A program made the translations under genes and the position numbers. The notes under the pieces are model-generated. The model searched no databases. It was given only the letters and a program-made list of their open reading frames with translations, and was not told the DNA's origin. From an uncultured Chloroflexia bacterium (GTDB lineage: Bacteria; Chloroflexota; Limnocylindria; Limnocylindrales; CSP1-4), in the NCBI GenBank assembly GCA_963736025.1, contig CAVTNH010000012.1:168913-232912 (forward strand): 64,000 nucleotides of DNA. The letters are read 5' to 3'. Position 1 is the stretch's first letter, and each line of letters opens with the position of its first letter. Positions 50,550 to 59,204 of this stretch are shown here, one piece after another.

Positions 50550-51812
50550 TCATCGCCACGCGAACAGGGATTTCTTCTGGGTGGACTTCTGGCTGGTGTC
50601 CCCAGCCGGGGCGCTCAGTCGCTCGCCAGTGACCGACCGAGCCAGTCGAAGGATGTCCTGGGAGACCTGGGCCTCCTTGTTGGACAGGTAGAACGGTACT
50701 CCACGATTGAGCGCATACACGACGCTGCGACCGTCGCTGACGATCGTCTCGTCGACCTTGCGGCCGATCGACTGCTCGACGTCCGCGACGCGGATGCCGA
50801 GCGCAGAGTCTGCGCGGTTGAGGATCAGGCGAACCTTCCCCGTCTCATATCCGAGCTGTTGAGCGACCTCAAGGAAGAGGCGCATGTTCTTGATACTCGT
50901 GATTTCGAGACTCAGCATCGTCAGGATCACATCGGCGATGTCAAGGATCGCCAGCGTGGTGTCGTTGAAGAAAGCGGTGCAGTCCACCACCACGAGGTCG
51001 TGGTTCCGCCGGAGCGTCTCGAGGACCTTGCGGACGGCCGCCGGCGTGATGAGCTCGGCCGTCTCGGGGGTCGGCGGGGCCAGCAGGACTCGCACGCCCG
51101 AGGTGTGGTCGATGACGAACATGTCGAGCGCGTCGAGCTCGTTGGCCTCGAGCTGGGGGAGCAGGTCGGCGATCGACTTGCTCTTCGGGTTCAGGTTGAG
51201 CAGGACCCCGACGTCGCCGAACTGGAACGACGCGTCGACCAGCACGACCTTCTTGCCGAGGTCGGTGGCCGCCGCGACCGCCAGGTTGACCGCGACGGTC
51301 GTTCGACCGACGCCGCCCTTCGGGCTGAAGACCGCGATGATCCGACCCGGATCGCCGCCGCCGTCGCTCGTCGACGCACCGCCACCCGAACCGGTCGTCG
51401 CGACCGGCACGGACGCCATGCGGCTGGCCTTGTCGCGCTCGCGGGAATGGACCTGTCGGATCGAGGCGGTCAGCTCGTCGCTGCTGAACGGCTTGACGAG
51501 GAACTCGCGCGCTCCGGCCAGCATGGACCGTCGCAGGTAGTCCGCCTCACCCTGGACCGACATCATCACCACGGCGGCCGAGGGGAGCGTCGCGGCCATC
51601 TGTTCGGTGGCCGTGATGCCGTCCATGTCCGGCATGTTGATGTCCATCAGGATGATGTCGGGGGTCAGCTTGCCCGCCATGTCGAGCGCCTCGCGCCCGG
51701 ACGAGGCCGCGCCGACCACATCGATGTCACTCTCGAAGCTCAGCAGCTTCGTGAGGTGATCGCGGGTCTCGGGGATGTCGTCAACGACGAGGACGCGGAT
51801 CTGGTCGGCCAT
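50550..51812 (-). CDS. tadZ: CpaE/TadZ-type ParA/MinD-like ATPase with N-terminal receiver (REC) domain
   Basis: VLVVDD...MDINMPDMDG REC motif, then FSPKGGVGRTTVAVNLA deviant Walker A. Confidence 0.85.
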   Translation of the reverse strand: MADQIRVLVVDDIPETRDHLTKLLSFESDIDVVGAASSGREALDMAGKLTPDIILMDINMPDMDGITATEQMAATLPSAAVVMMSVQGEADYLRRSMLAGAREFLVKPFSSDELTASIRQVHSRERDKASRMASVPVATTGSGGGASTSDGGGDPGRIIAVFSPKGGVGRTTVAVNLAVAAATDLGKKVVLVDASFQFGDVGVLLNLNPKSKSIADLLPQLEANELDALDMFVIDHTSGVRVLLAPPTPETAELITPAAVRKVLETLRRNHDLVVVDCTAFFNDTTLAILDIADVILTMLSLEITSIKNMRLFLEVAQQLGYETGKVRLILNRADSALGIRVADVEQSIGRKVDETIVSDGRSVVYALNRGVPFYLSNKEAQVSQDILRLARSVTGERLSAPAGDTSQKSTQKKSLFAWR

Positions 51813-51963
51813 CTCGCTCTGGTCTAATGCTTCGATAGGGGCCGGTCCTGGGACCGGCCGGTGGAGCCGGGACCACGACGGGCGCGGGACCTTGTGGGTC
51901 CGCCGCGCCCGCCGCGTCTGGGCTTGCTTGTCTCAGCTCGGCCGACGCTCGGCCGCGCGGGTG

Positions 51964-52902
51964 CTACGGATTGGCGGGAGTCACGGTCTCGACGACTTCC
52001 GGCGGGACGACCCCGTAGGTGTCGACGAGGGTCTTGAGGTTGACGCCGGTCGTCGTGTTCGGGAGCGGCACGACGGCCTCGTTCGTGACCGGATCGATGA
52101 AGTCGTCCGGCGAGCGAAGGATCAGGGTGATCGAGGAGTCGAGCTGGGCGAACTTGATGACCTCGGCCTGCTGGGCATCGACCGCGAGGATCACGATCTG
52201 CTGCTGGCCGTTGAGCGCGGTGCCCGGCTGGGACGGATTTCCTGTATCAGGGGTGGTGCCGTCGTCAGGCGCCGCGCCGGTCTGCGAGGCCGGCGGCAAC
52301 AGGGTGCCGAGGACCTGCATGCCCTGCAGCAGGATCTTGACGCTGGTGCTGTTGAGGCCGCTGACGACGGTGACCGAGTCATCGGCCGGGTTGACCGTGA
52401 TGACCGGGAACTTGTCGCCGGTGACGCCCGCGACCATGTCCACGTAGTCGCCGGTCTTGATGACCGTGCCGACACCGGTGACCTGGTCGACCTGGACGGC
52501 CACGGCGCGAAGGCCGGGCGGCGTCACGATGTCGAGGATCTCGCCCTGGGCCCCGCCCGTGATGGTGGCCGAGGTGATCTGTCCGCCGGTCGCGACCGGC
52601 TGGCGGGCGATCTTGCCGACGACCTGGGAGGGCTCCGAGAACGCCCCCGGGAGGATCCCTTCGAGCGGGAGCTCCGTCCGCGTCAGCGAGGACGCCTGGA
52701 TCTCGCTGGACAGCGGGATGTCGGCGTTCGCGATGAGGACGAATCCGGTGGTCGGTGGCTTGGTTTCCTCGCTCGGCTTGTTCACCAGGACGAGGATCCC
52801 GACGAAGGCAACGACCGCGAGGAAGACCCCGACAAGCAGGACCAGACGATTAGAGCGCTTCAAGTTGTTACTCCCCGAGAGGCTTGTGACAGGTGGCACC
52901 AC
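51964..52902 (-). CDS. cpaB: Flp pilus assembly protein CpaB (SAF/RcpC domains)
   Basis: N-terminal TM, SAF-like region, C-terminal RcpC-like region. Confidence 0.75.
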   Translation of the reverse strand: MVPPVTSLSGSNNLKRSNRLVLLVGVFLAVVAFVGILVLVNKPSEETKPPTTGFVLIANADIPLSSEIQASSLTRTELPLEGILPGAFSEPSQVVGKIARQPVATGGQITSATITGGAQGEILDIVTPPGLRAVAVQVDQVTGVGTVIKTGDYVDMVAGVTGDKFPVITVNPADDSVTVVSGLNSTSVKILLQGMQVLGTLLPPASQTGAAPDDGTTPDTGNPSQPGTALNGQQQIVILAVDAQQAEVIKFAQLDSSITLILRSPDDFIDPVTNEAVVPLPNTTTGVNLKTLVDTYGVVPPEVVETVTPANP

Positions 52903-53075
52903 TGTAGCACCGGCCTAGAGGCTCGCGACTATACGAAAGGCCTAGGACCATTAGGAGGAAACGGCAGGAATCCATGCGTGACGCAAGGTTTCCTGCAAGG
53001 TTCGCAGGGGGCACGCAGCCCCAGCTCACGCGTGGTGCGCGGCCCGGTGCGTGCCATCGGCCGCGAACATGAAGA

Positions 53076-53099
53076 CAGCCCGCCGTTTCCGGCGGGCTG
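53076..53099 (-). terminator. Intrinsic terminator hairpin after flp1
   Basis: CAGCCCGCCG-tttc-CGGCGGGCTG, 24 nt downstream of the flp1 stop; U-rich tract follows on the minus strand. Confidence 0.6.
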
Positions 53100-53122
53100 T
53101 CGGAAGGAAGGGATCAGTTTGG

Positions 53123-53314
53123 CTAGTTCGAGACGGACTGCAGGTGACTGCCGATGACGCTCATCTTGTCACTGACCTGGCTGCCCAGGAAGATGAGGGA
53201 GACGATCGAGATGATGGCGATAAGAGCGAGGATAAGGGCGTATTCAGCAAGGCCCTGGCCGTCGACCTGACGGATCCGGTCGATGATGGCGACCAGACGC
53301 GGGTGCACGGTCAT
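53123..53314 (-). CDS. flp1: Flp/Fap family pilin (63 aa prepilin)
   Basis: MTVHPRLVAIIDRIRQVDGQGLAEYALILALIAIISIVSLIFLGSQV carries the Flp motif G-x-QG-x-AEYALIL. Confidence 0.85.
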   Translation of the reverse strand: MTVHPRLVAIIDRIRQVDGQGLAEYALILALIAIISIVSLIFLGSQVSDKMSVIGSHLQSVSN

Positions 53315-53453
53315 CTTGTTGTACCTCCTTTCGACGAGGCTCCATGGCTGGGCGGCGACCATCTCTGGCCGGTGAACCCAACATAGGTCGAGGAGGGTAG
53401 GTGTCAATAGTCCGATTGTCGGCCTGTGGACGCGCGCGCACCAGCAACACACA

Positions 53454-53488
53454 AAGGCCGCCAAGCGCACGTGGCGCTTCGCGGCCTT
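53454..53488 (-). terminator. Hairpin after flp2
   Basis: AAGGCCGCcAAGCGC-acgtg-GCGCTTcGCGGCCTT imperfect palindrome. Confidence 0.45.
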
Positions 53489-53515
53489 GATCGAGCCTGG
53501 GGTAGCTGACGAGAG

Positions 53516-53686
53516 CTAGATCGACGCACCGACCTTGCTGATGATGGTGCTGACCTGGGTGCCGAGGAAGATGAGCGCGATGATCGCAACGATCGCGATC
53601 AAGCGCAAGGATCAACGCGTATTCGGCGAGACCCTGGCCGTCTTCCCGGCGAAAGGACGAGATAAGAGCATGTAGGGACGACATCT
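53516..53686 (-). CDS. flp2: Flp family pilin, 1-nt indel near 53600
   Basis: MSSLHALISSFRREDGQGLAEYALILAL. A +1 shift then restores IAIVAIIALIFLGTQVSTIISKVGASI*, near-identical to flp3. Confidence 0.7.
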
Positions 53687-53808
53687 GTCTTGGGGTACCT
53701 CCTTCCCATGCAGACTCCGCGAGCGTGGCTCGCGGGCGTGTCACGGTACGGGGAGGTCGCGGGGGCTGTCAAGCGACCCGGCCACGGGCGGCCGAGGGCA
53801 AACGAAAA

Positions 53809-53834
53809 CCGCCGGACCTCGAGAGGTCCGGCGG
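53809..53834 (-). terminator. Hairpin after flp3
   Basis: CCGCCGGACC-tcgaga-GGTCCGGCGG flanked by AAAA/TTTG. Confidence 0.55.
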
Positions 53835-53859
53835 TTTGTTCGATCGTTGGATCGAGAAG

Positions 53860-54030
53860 CTAGATCGAGCTACCGACGGTGCTCAGGATCTTGGAGACCT
53901 GGCCGCCCAGGAAGATGAGGGCGACGATCGCGACGATCGCGATAAGGGCGAGGATCAACGCGTATTCGGCGAGGCCCTGGCCTTCCTCGTCTCGGTGAAG
54001 GAGAGCGAAGATCGGGTTAAAGATTGCCAT
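53860..54030 (-). CDS. flp3: Flp family pilin
   Basis: MAIFNPIFALLHRDEEGQGLAEYALILALIAIVAIVALIFLGGQVSKILSTVGSSI. Confidence 0.85.
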   Translation of the reverse strand: MAIFNPIFALLHRDEEGQGLAEYALILALIAIVAIVALIFLGGQVSKILSTVGSSI

Positions 54031-54210
54031 TGGTGGCAAACCTCCTGATGGATGAGTACTCACCCTCTTGGATGCGAGGGCTGCCACCACTATATGGAGA
54101 GGCTCTCCGGGAAAGCACTAGCACGATGGTACCGAACGCGCCCGGACTTCCCGGACGCCTTTCGTTGCACGGAAGCCACGTTCACGCGTGGATCGGGTCC
54201 GGCCTCCGGA

Positions 54211-54378
54211 TCAGGTCCCTCCGGTCGCCGCATCGATGGCCTCGCCGATCGTGGCCAGGACATCCGCGACGGTCCCGCCGAACACCCCGAGGATGATGAC
54301 CGTGAACACCACGGTCAGGGCGAGGATCAGTCCGTATTCGACGAGACCCTGGCCGCGGAGCCCGGCGACGCGGCGCAC
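54211..54378 (-). CDS. flp4: Flp family pilin, divergent paralog
   Basis: VRRVAGLRGQGLVEYGLILALTVVFTVIILGVFGG. GTG start with GGAG 9 nt upstream. Confidence 0.7.
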   Translation of the reverse strand: MRRVAGLRGQGLVEYGLILALTVVFTVIILGVFGGTVADVLATIGEAIDAATGGT

Positions 54379-54379
54379 G

Positions 54380-55642
54380 TCATCGCTCCGTGGGCACCGG
54401 CGCCTCGGCCACCAGGTGGAGCTCTGAGCCGTCCTCGGACAGGTCGGCGAGGATGCCGAGCGAGTAGGCCCGGCTCTCGATCTCCTGCCACGTGGTGACG
54501 GGCAGGGCGACGATGGCATCGCGTCGCGCGGTCTCGGCCGCGTCACGGGCGTCGGCCCGACGGTCCTCCATCATCGCCGCGAGCGCGGGCGGGAGCTCGG
54601 CGCCTGTCGGCGGGGCCTCGACCGGGGCGGCCGGCTCCGCCGCCGGCTTGGCGTCCTTGTCCTTGTCCCGGACCGCAGTCACCCGCGCCTCGATCTGGTC
54701 GGCCCAGTCGAGGCGCATCGTGATCCGCGTGGGTGACCGCTCCAGGTAGCCGACCAGGGCTTCGTCGAGCATCCGGAAGAGCCCGCTTTCGAGGTCCATC
54801 GGCAGTCGGCGGTCCTGGCCCATGGAGTCGAAGTCGACCGCCACACCGGCCTTGCGCCCGCGCTCCCGAGCCGATCGCCGAAGCGTCGGCACCAGGCCGA
54901 GGTCGTCGAGGACCATCGGCCGCACGTCGAAGATGAACGTCTTGGTGGCCTCGAGCGTGCGCTGGACCATCCCGATCAGCTGGTGGACCTCGCCGAGCGC
55001 CAACGCCGGGTCCTTGGCCACGAGACGCTCCACGATCTGTGCCTGGAGGACGATGTTGGTCAGGCTCTGGGCGGGGCCGTCGTGCATCGCCCGGGCGATC
55101 TCGCGCCGGAGATCCTCCTGCCCGGTCAGGACCAGGCGTGAGACGGCCGGCGGGATGACGACATCGCCGCCGTCGCCCGCTGCGTTCTTGCGGGCTGCCC
55201 GGGCCGCCGACTGCGGCGTCGAGATCGGGGTCGCCGGGTCCATGGCGGCCACAGCGTCGGCATAGGCGGAGATCGACTCCCGGTGGCGGGCCAGGGCACG
55301 GCGTTTGCCTTCGAGGACCTCGACCTGCGATTCCATCAGGGCGGCCCGCTTCGTGAGGGCTGCGAGCTGCGTCCCGAGCTCGGCGAGCTCCGTCGCCTCG
55401 CCCTGCTTGGTCATCGCTGCGAGCTTGTCGGCGGCCGTGCTCCGTCGGCTTTCGTGGCGCGCCGCCTCGGTGCCGGCCTGGGTGACGAGCAGGTCGACCT
55501 CGCCGAGTTCGCTGTCGAGGCGCTCGACCTCTGCCGCCAGCCTGACGGACAGCTCGGCCAGGTTCTGCGGTGGCGTCGTCGAGGGCGCCTCCCTCGAGGG
55601 GATCTCCGTCTCCGACGTCTGGGTCGTCGATGCGTCGGTCAT
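54380..55642 (-). CDS. HisKA_3-type histidine-kinase-like protein with coiled-coil N-terminus and degenerate ATPase domain
   Basis: The H-box EIARAMHDGPAQSL is intact. The N-box (MLDEALVGY) lacks its Asn. G1 and G2 boxes are not recognisable (VRDKDKD region). No TM. Confidence 0.65.
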   Translation of the reverse strand: MTDASTTQTSETEIPSREAPSTTPPQNLAELSVRLAAEVERLDSELGEVDLLVTQAGTEAARHESRRSTAADKLAAMTKQGEATELAELGTQLAALTKRAALMESQVEVLEGKRRALARHRESISAYADAVAAMDPATPISTPQSAARAARKNAAGDGGDVVIPPAVSRLVLTGQEDLRREIARAMHDGPAQSLTNIVLQAQIVERLVAKDPALALGEVHQLIGMVQRTLEATKTFIFDVRPMVLDDLGLVPTLRRSARERGRKAGVAVDFDSMGQDRRLPMDLESGLFRMLDEALVGYLERSPTRITMRLDWADQIEARVTAVRDKDKDAKPAAEPAAPVEAPPTGAELPPALAAMMEDRRADARDAAETARRDAIVALPVTTWQEIESRAYSLGILADLSEDGSELHLVAEAPVPTER

Positions 55643-55683
55643 CGGGCTGCGTGGGTCGCGGGCGTCGCTGAGGTCGTGATCGG

Positions 55684-56430
55684 TCAGTCCTCCGGCATCC
55701 GGATCCAGCCCTGGCGCATCGCGTACACCACGGCCTGCGTCCGGTCGTTGACGGACAGCTTGCGCAGGATCGAGCTCATGTGGTTCTTGACGGTCTGCTC
55801 GCTGATGGACAACGCGTAGGCGACCTGCTTGTTGGTCATGCCCTGCGCGATGTTGTCGAGGATCTCGACCTCGCGCGGCGAGAGCGGCGCGAAGATCGGT
55901 GCGGCCTCCTGGCCGTACACGGCCAGCTCGCGGAACTCCTTGAGGACGCGCGATGCGACCGCCGGCTTGGCGAACACCTTGTCGTTGATCAGGTATTCCC
56001 CGGCGACGACCCGACGGATGATCGTCACGAGGTCGTCGGGTCCGACATCCTTGAGGATGAACGCTGCGGCGCCGGCCTTTATGGCGTCGAAGAGGGCGTC
56101 CTCGTCCTCGGTCTGGGCGAGCACGATGATCCCGGTCGAGGGCAGCTCGCGCTTGATCCGCTGGGTCGTCTCGATGCCGCCGGGCGCCGGAAGCGAGAGG
56201 TCCATGAGGACGATGTCCGGCGAGTTCTCGAGGGCGCGATCGATGGCGCTCCGCGAATCGTCCGCTTCGGCGACGACGTCCAGGTCGGGCTCCCGGCTCA
56301 GGATGTTGGCGATCCCGACACGGAACAGGGCGTGATCGTCGACGATCAGGATCCGTGTCCGGTCCCCGATGTTCCTTCGGTCGGGGCCGCCCCGCCGTCG
56401 CTCAGGGCCGCCGTAGTCGACTGCGCTCAT
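55684..56430 (-). CDS. NarL/LuxR-family response regulator
   Basis: REC domain (ILIVDDH...DIVLMDLSLP) plus LuxR HTH (LSPREVEILDNIAQGMTNKQVA). Confidence 0.9.
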   Translation of the reverse strand: MSAVDYGGPERRRGGPDRRNIGDRTRILIVDDHALFRVGIANILSREPDLDVVAEADDSRSAIDRALENSPDIVLMDLSLPAPGGIETTQRIKRELPSTGIIVLAQTEDEDALFDAIKAGAAAFILKDVGPDDLVTIIRRVVAGEYLINDKVFAKPAVASRVLKEFRELAVYGQEAAPIFAPLSPREVEILDNIAQGMTNKQVAYALSISEQTVKNHMSSILRKLSVNDRTQAVVYAMRQGWIRMPED

Positions 56431-57573
56431 ATGCTCTCCCTCTGCTCCGCCACGTCGTCGATCGGGATCGCCAACCGGACCACCGTTCCCCCGTCCGGTC
56501 GCGATCGTATATCCAGGCGAGCGTCGATCAACTCGGCGCGCTCGCGCATGAACTGAAGGCCGAAGTTGCTCCGGCCCCTGGCTGCCACCGCCCCGGCATC
56601 GAAACCGCGGCCATCATCGCGCACCTCCAGGGTCCAGTCGTCGCCGTCGAGCGACGTGCTCACGGTCACCTGGCTGGCCGATGCGTGCTTGCGAACATTC
56701 TGAAGCGCCTCCTGGGCCACGCGCAGGGCCACCGTCCGTTGGCGATCGTCGAGAGCGGTGCTCGGGGCGGCCAGGTCGGTCGAGATGGACAGCCCCGTCA
56801 GGGCATTGATGTTCTCGACCGTCTCCATGATGGCCCCATCGAGACCCAGTTCGTCGAGCAACGGCGGCCGCAGCTGGGTGATGAAGGCCCGGAGGTTGCC
56901 AAGCTCGCGTCGGAGCAGCTCGCGCAGGATGCCCAGCTCCGTCTCCGCGAGCTTCGGATCGGACGCGAGGACACGCTCGATGTACTCGACCTGGAAGATC
57001 GAATTGCTCAGCACCTGGGCCGGTCCGTCGTGGATCTCCTGGGCGAGCCTCGTCCGTTCGGCCTCCTGCGCCTCGACGATCCGCATCTGGATGTCACCCG
57101 AGGTGGCCGGGCCGCCGGCCTCGTTGACCAGCGTCACGTCGCCACGCTCCATGAAGAGCCACGTCCGCTCGAGGGTGCTCTGTGCGAGCTCCAGCTTGGC
57201 CAGCTCGGACTGGTGGCCGCCGAGCTGCTCGGACGATCTGGTCGACCTCGGCGCGGAGGTTCCGGTGCAGGGAGTCGTCCGCGCCGGCCTCGGCCGCGCT
57301 GGCGGCGCGATCGGCGTCCGTCGAGCGGCCCGGGCCCTGGGCGACCTTGCGCGCGGTGCGGTCGATGCGATCGAGCTGGTCGCGGAGGTCCTGCCAGCGA
57401 ATGAGCGCGTCGGAGTAGGCCTCACGATATCGCTCCCGGATGCCACGTAGCGTGTTGGCACTGTAGCCAACGGCCGCGCTCGCCTCCGCATGAAGCCCGT
57501 CGAAGCGGTTGTCACCGGACTGCGTCCCGGTCCGTGCTTCCATGTGCGCCGGAGTATAGGGGTCGCCTTTCAT
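56427..57573 (-). CDS. HisKA_3 sensor histidine kinase (cytoplasmic, coiled coil), frameshift near 57240
   Basis: H-box LAQEIHDGPAQVL, N-box ALRVAQEALQNVRKHA, G1 box VRDDGRGF. N-terminus MEARTG.../MKGDPY... sits in another frame. ATGA overlap with the upstream glycosyltransferase. Confidence 0.75.
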
Positions 57574-59204
57574 GGACAGGCGATCTCGAACGCCCGCACG
57601 TCCGACAGGGGATCGTCGATGCCGGCCGGGCCCGGCCCGAGGTCGAGTTCGTGGAAGCAATCGACATCCGGCCCCGGCTGGTCGAGGACCCCGGGCCAGC
57701 CACCGTGGTCGTCGCCCATGACGACGACGAGCCGGGTGCCGGCGAAGCCCGGATCCGACGCCAGATCGACGATGTCGCTGGGCGACTCGGCGGGCAGAGC
57801 CAGGGCCCGAACGCCCGGGATCTCGGTCAGCCAGATCGGAAAGTTCGTGATGACCGGTCCGGCGGACGCATCGAGCGGGTGACCGATGATCGCCATGCGC
57901 CGCGCCAGCTCCGTATACATGGCGGCGGTCTCCCTCGAGCCGGTCCCGAACGCCGGCAGGATCGCGACCGAGAACAGGATCGACCCGAAGACCCCGAGCA
58001 ACGCGCCGAGCCACGCCACCGGCCGCGTCCAGCCGAGCCGGACGCCCAGGCGAGCGATCCCGGCATCGAGGGCCAACAGGGCGGACAGCACGAGCAGCAC
58101 GTGGACCGGACCCGCGGCGTGCAGGAACGTGCCCCACGTCGTCGCGACCGGGAAGGCCAGGCTCGTGACCAGGAACGTGACGAGGCCGAGGATCACGACC
58201 GGCCGGACCGCTCGGTCCCGACCCTGCCAGGGCAGGGCGAGGAAGCCGATGATCGAGATCGGCAGGCCCGGCAGGAGCAGGACTGAGAACAGGTTGTGGC
58301 CGAGCCCCTCGACCCGCATCTCGAGCAGCCGCGCCGGACCGACGGCGAGGTATCGCGCGAGCGTCGGCGGATCGTTCCACGCGAAGATGTCGAAGCCGGT
58401 GACGGACAGGGCGTTCGTGGCCGCCTGGCCGGGCAGCGGACTGCCGAACACCTGCCAGTCGCGCAATGCCCACGGCGCGAACACCAACAGGGCGACCACT
58501 GCGGCAACGCCGATCAGCCGGACCCGCTCCGCGCGCGAGGCCGCTGGAGCGAACCAGGCCACCACGGCCCAGGTGAGGCCGACCCAGGCGGCCTCGTTGC
58601 GGGTCAGGGCCGCCAGTCCGATGAGTGCGCCAAGGGCGATCACCCGCGGATCGGTCAGGCGCGCGCCCCGTGGCTCGCGCGCGATCCGGGTCATCAGCAG
58701 GCAGGCGGCCAGCGCCAGCACCGTGAACGGCATCGTCGAGTCGGGCAGCGCCGAGTGCAGCAGGAGCGGCAGGTAGAACGCCGCGGTCAGGCCCGTGCCG
58801 AGCGCCAGGGTGCGAGCGCGGCCGACCGGCAGGCCACGTTCCTCGGCCACGTCGGCCGCGAGCCGCCAGGCGAGGACCGGCACGATCGACCCGATCACGA
58901 CCGAGGAGACCTGCGCGGCGGCGAACGTCGACCCGGCGATGGCCATCGGGATGGCGGCGAGGAAGGTCGGCAGCGGCAGCCACACCTCGAACGCCGGGCG
59001 CGGGAACGTGAGGGGCGGCGTCTGGTAGCTCCACAGGGCGTCCGAGACGAGGCCACGACCGTCGAGCAGGTTGCGCGCGACCCCGACGTAGTAGGCCGTG
59101 TCCTCGGGCTTCGGGAAGACGATCTGCGACGCGAAGATCGCACGTGTCACGAGCGACACGACGAAGACGAGGCCGACGGTCAGCAGCGCTTCGCGGCGGG
59201 TCAT
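57570..59204 (-). CDS. GT-C membrane glycosyltransferase (ArnT/PMT-like, COG1807)
   Basis: N-terminal YYVGVARNLLDGRG loop with Asp/Glu, at least 10 TMs, C-terminal periplasmic domain. Confidence 0.75.
   Translation of the reverse strand: MTRREALLTVGLVFVVSLVTRAIFASQIVFPKPEDTAYYVGVARNLLDGRGLVSDALWSYQTPPLTFPRPAFEVWLPLPTFLAAIPMAIAGSTFAAAQVSSVVIGSIVPVLAWRLAADVAEERGLPVGRARTLALGTGLTAAFYLPLLLHSALPDSTMPFTVLALAACLLMTRIAREPRGARLTDPRVIALGALIGLAALTRNEAAWVGLTWAVVAWFAPAASRAERVRLIGVAAVVALLVFAPWALRDWQVFGSPLPGQAATNALSVTGFDIFAWNDPPTLARYLAVGPARLLEMRVEGLGHNLFSVLLLPGLPISIIGFLALPWQGRDRAVRPVVILGLVTFLVTSLAFPVATTWGTFLHAAGPVHVLLVLSALLALDAGIARLGVRLGWTRPVAWLGALLGVFGSILFSVAILPAFGTGSRETAAMYTELARRMAIIGHPLDASAGPVITNFPIWLTEIPGVRALALPAESPSDIVDLASDPGFAGTRLVVVMGDDHGGWPGVLDQPGPDVDCFHELDLGPGPAGIDDPLSDVRAFEIACP

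Noticed and set aside
56355-57404. 349-aa plus-strand ORF over the histidine-kinase gene
   Set aside because: Shadow ORF; the minus strand carries the H, N and G boxes of a real kinase.
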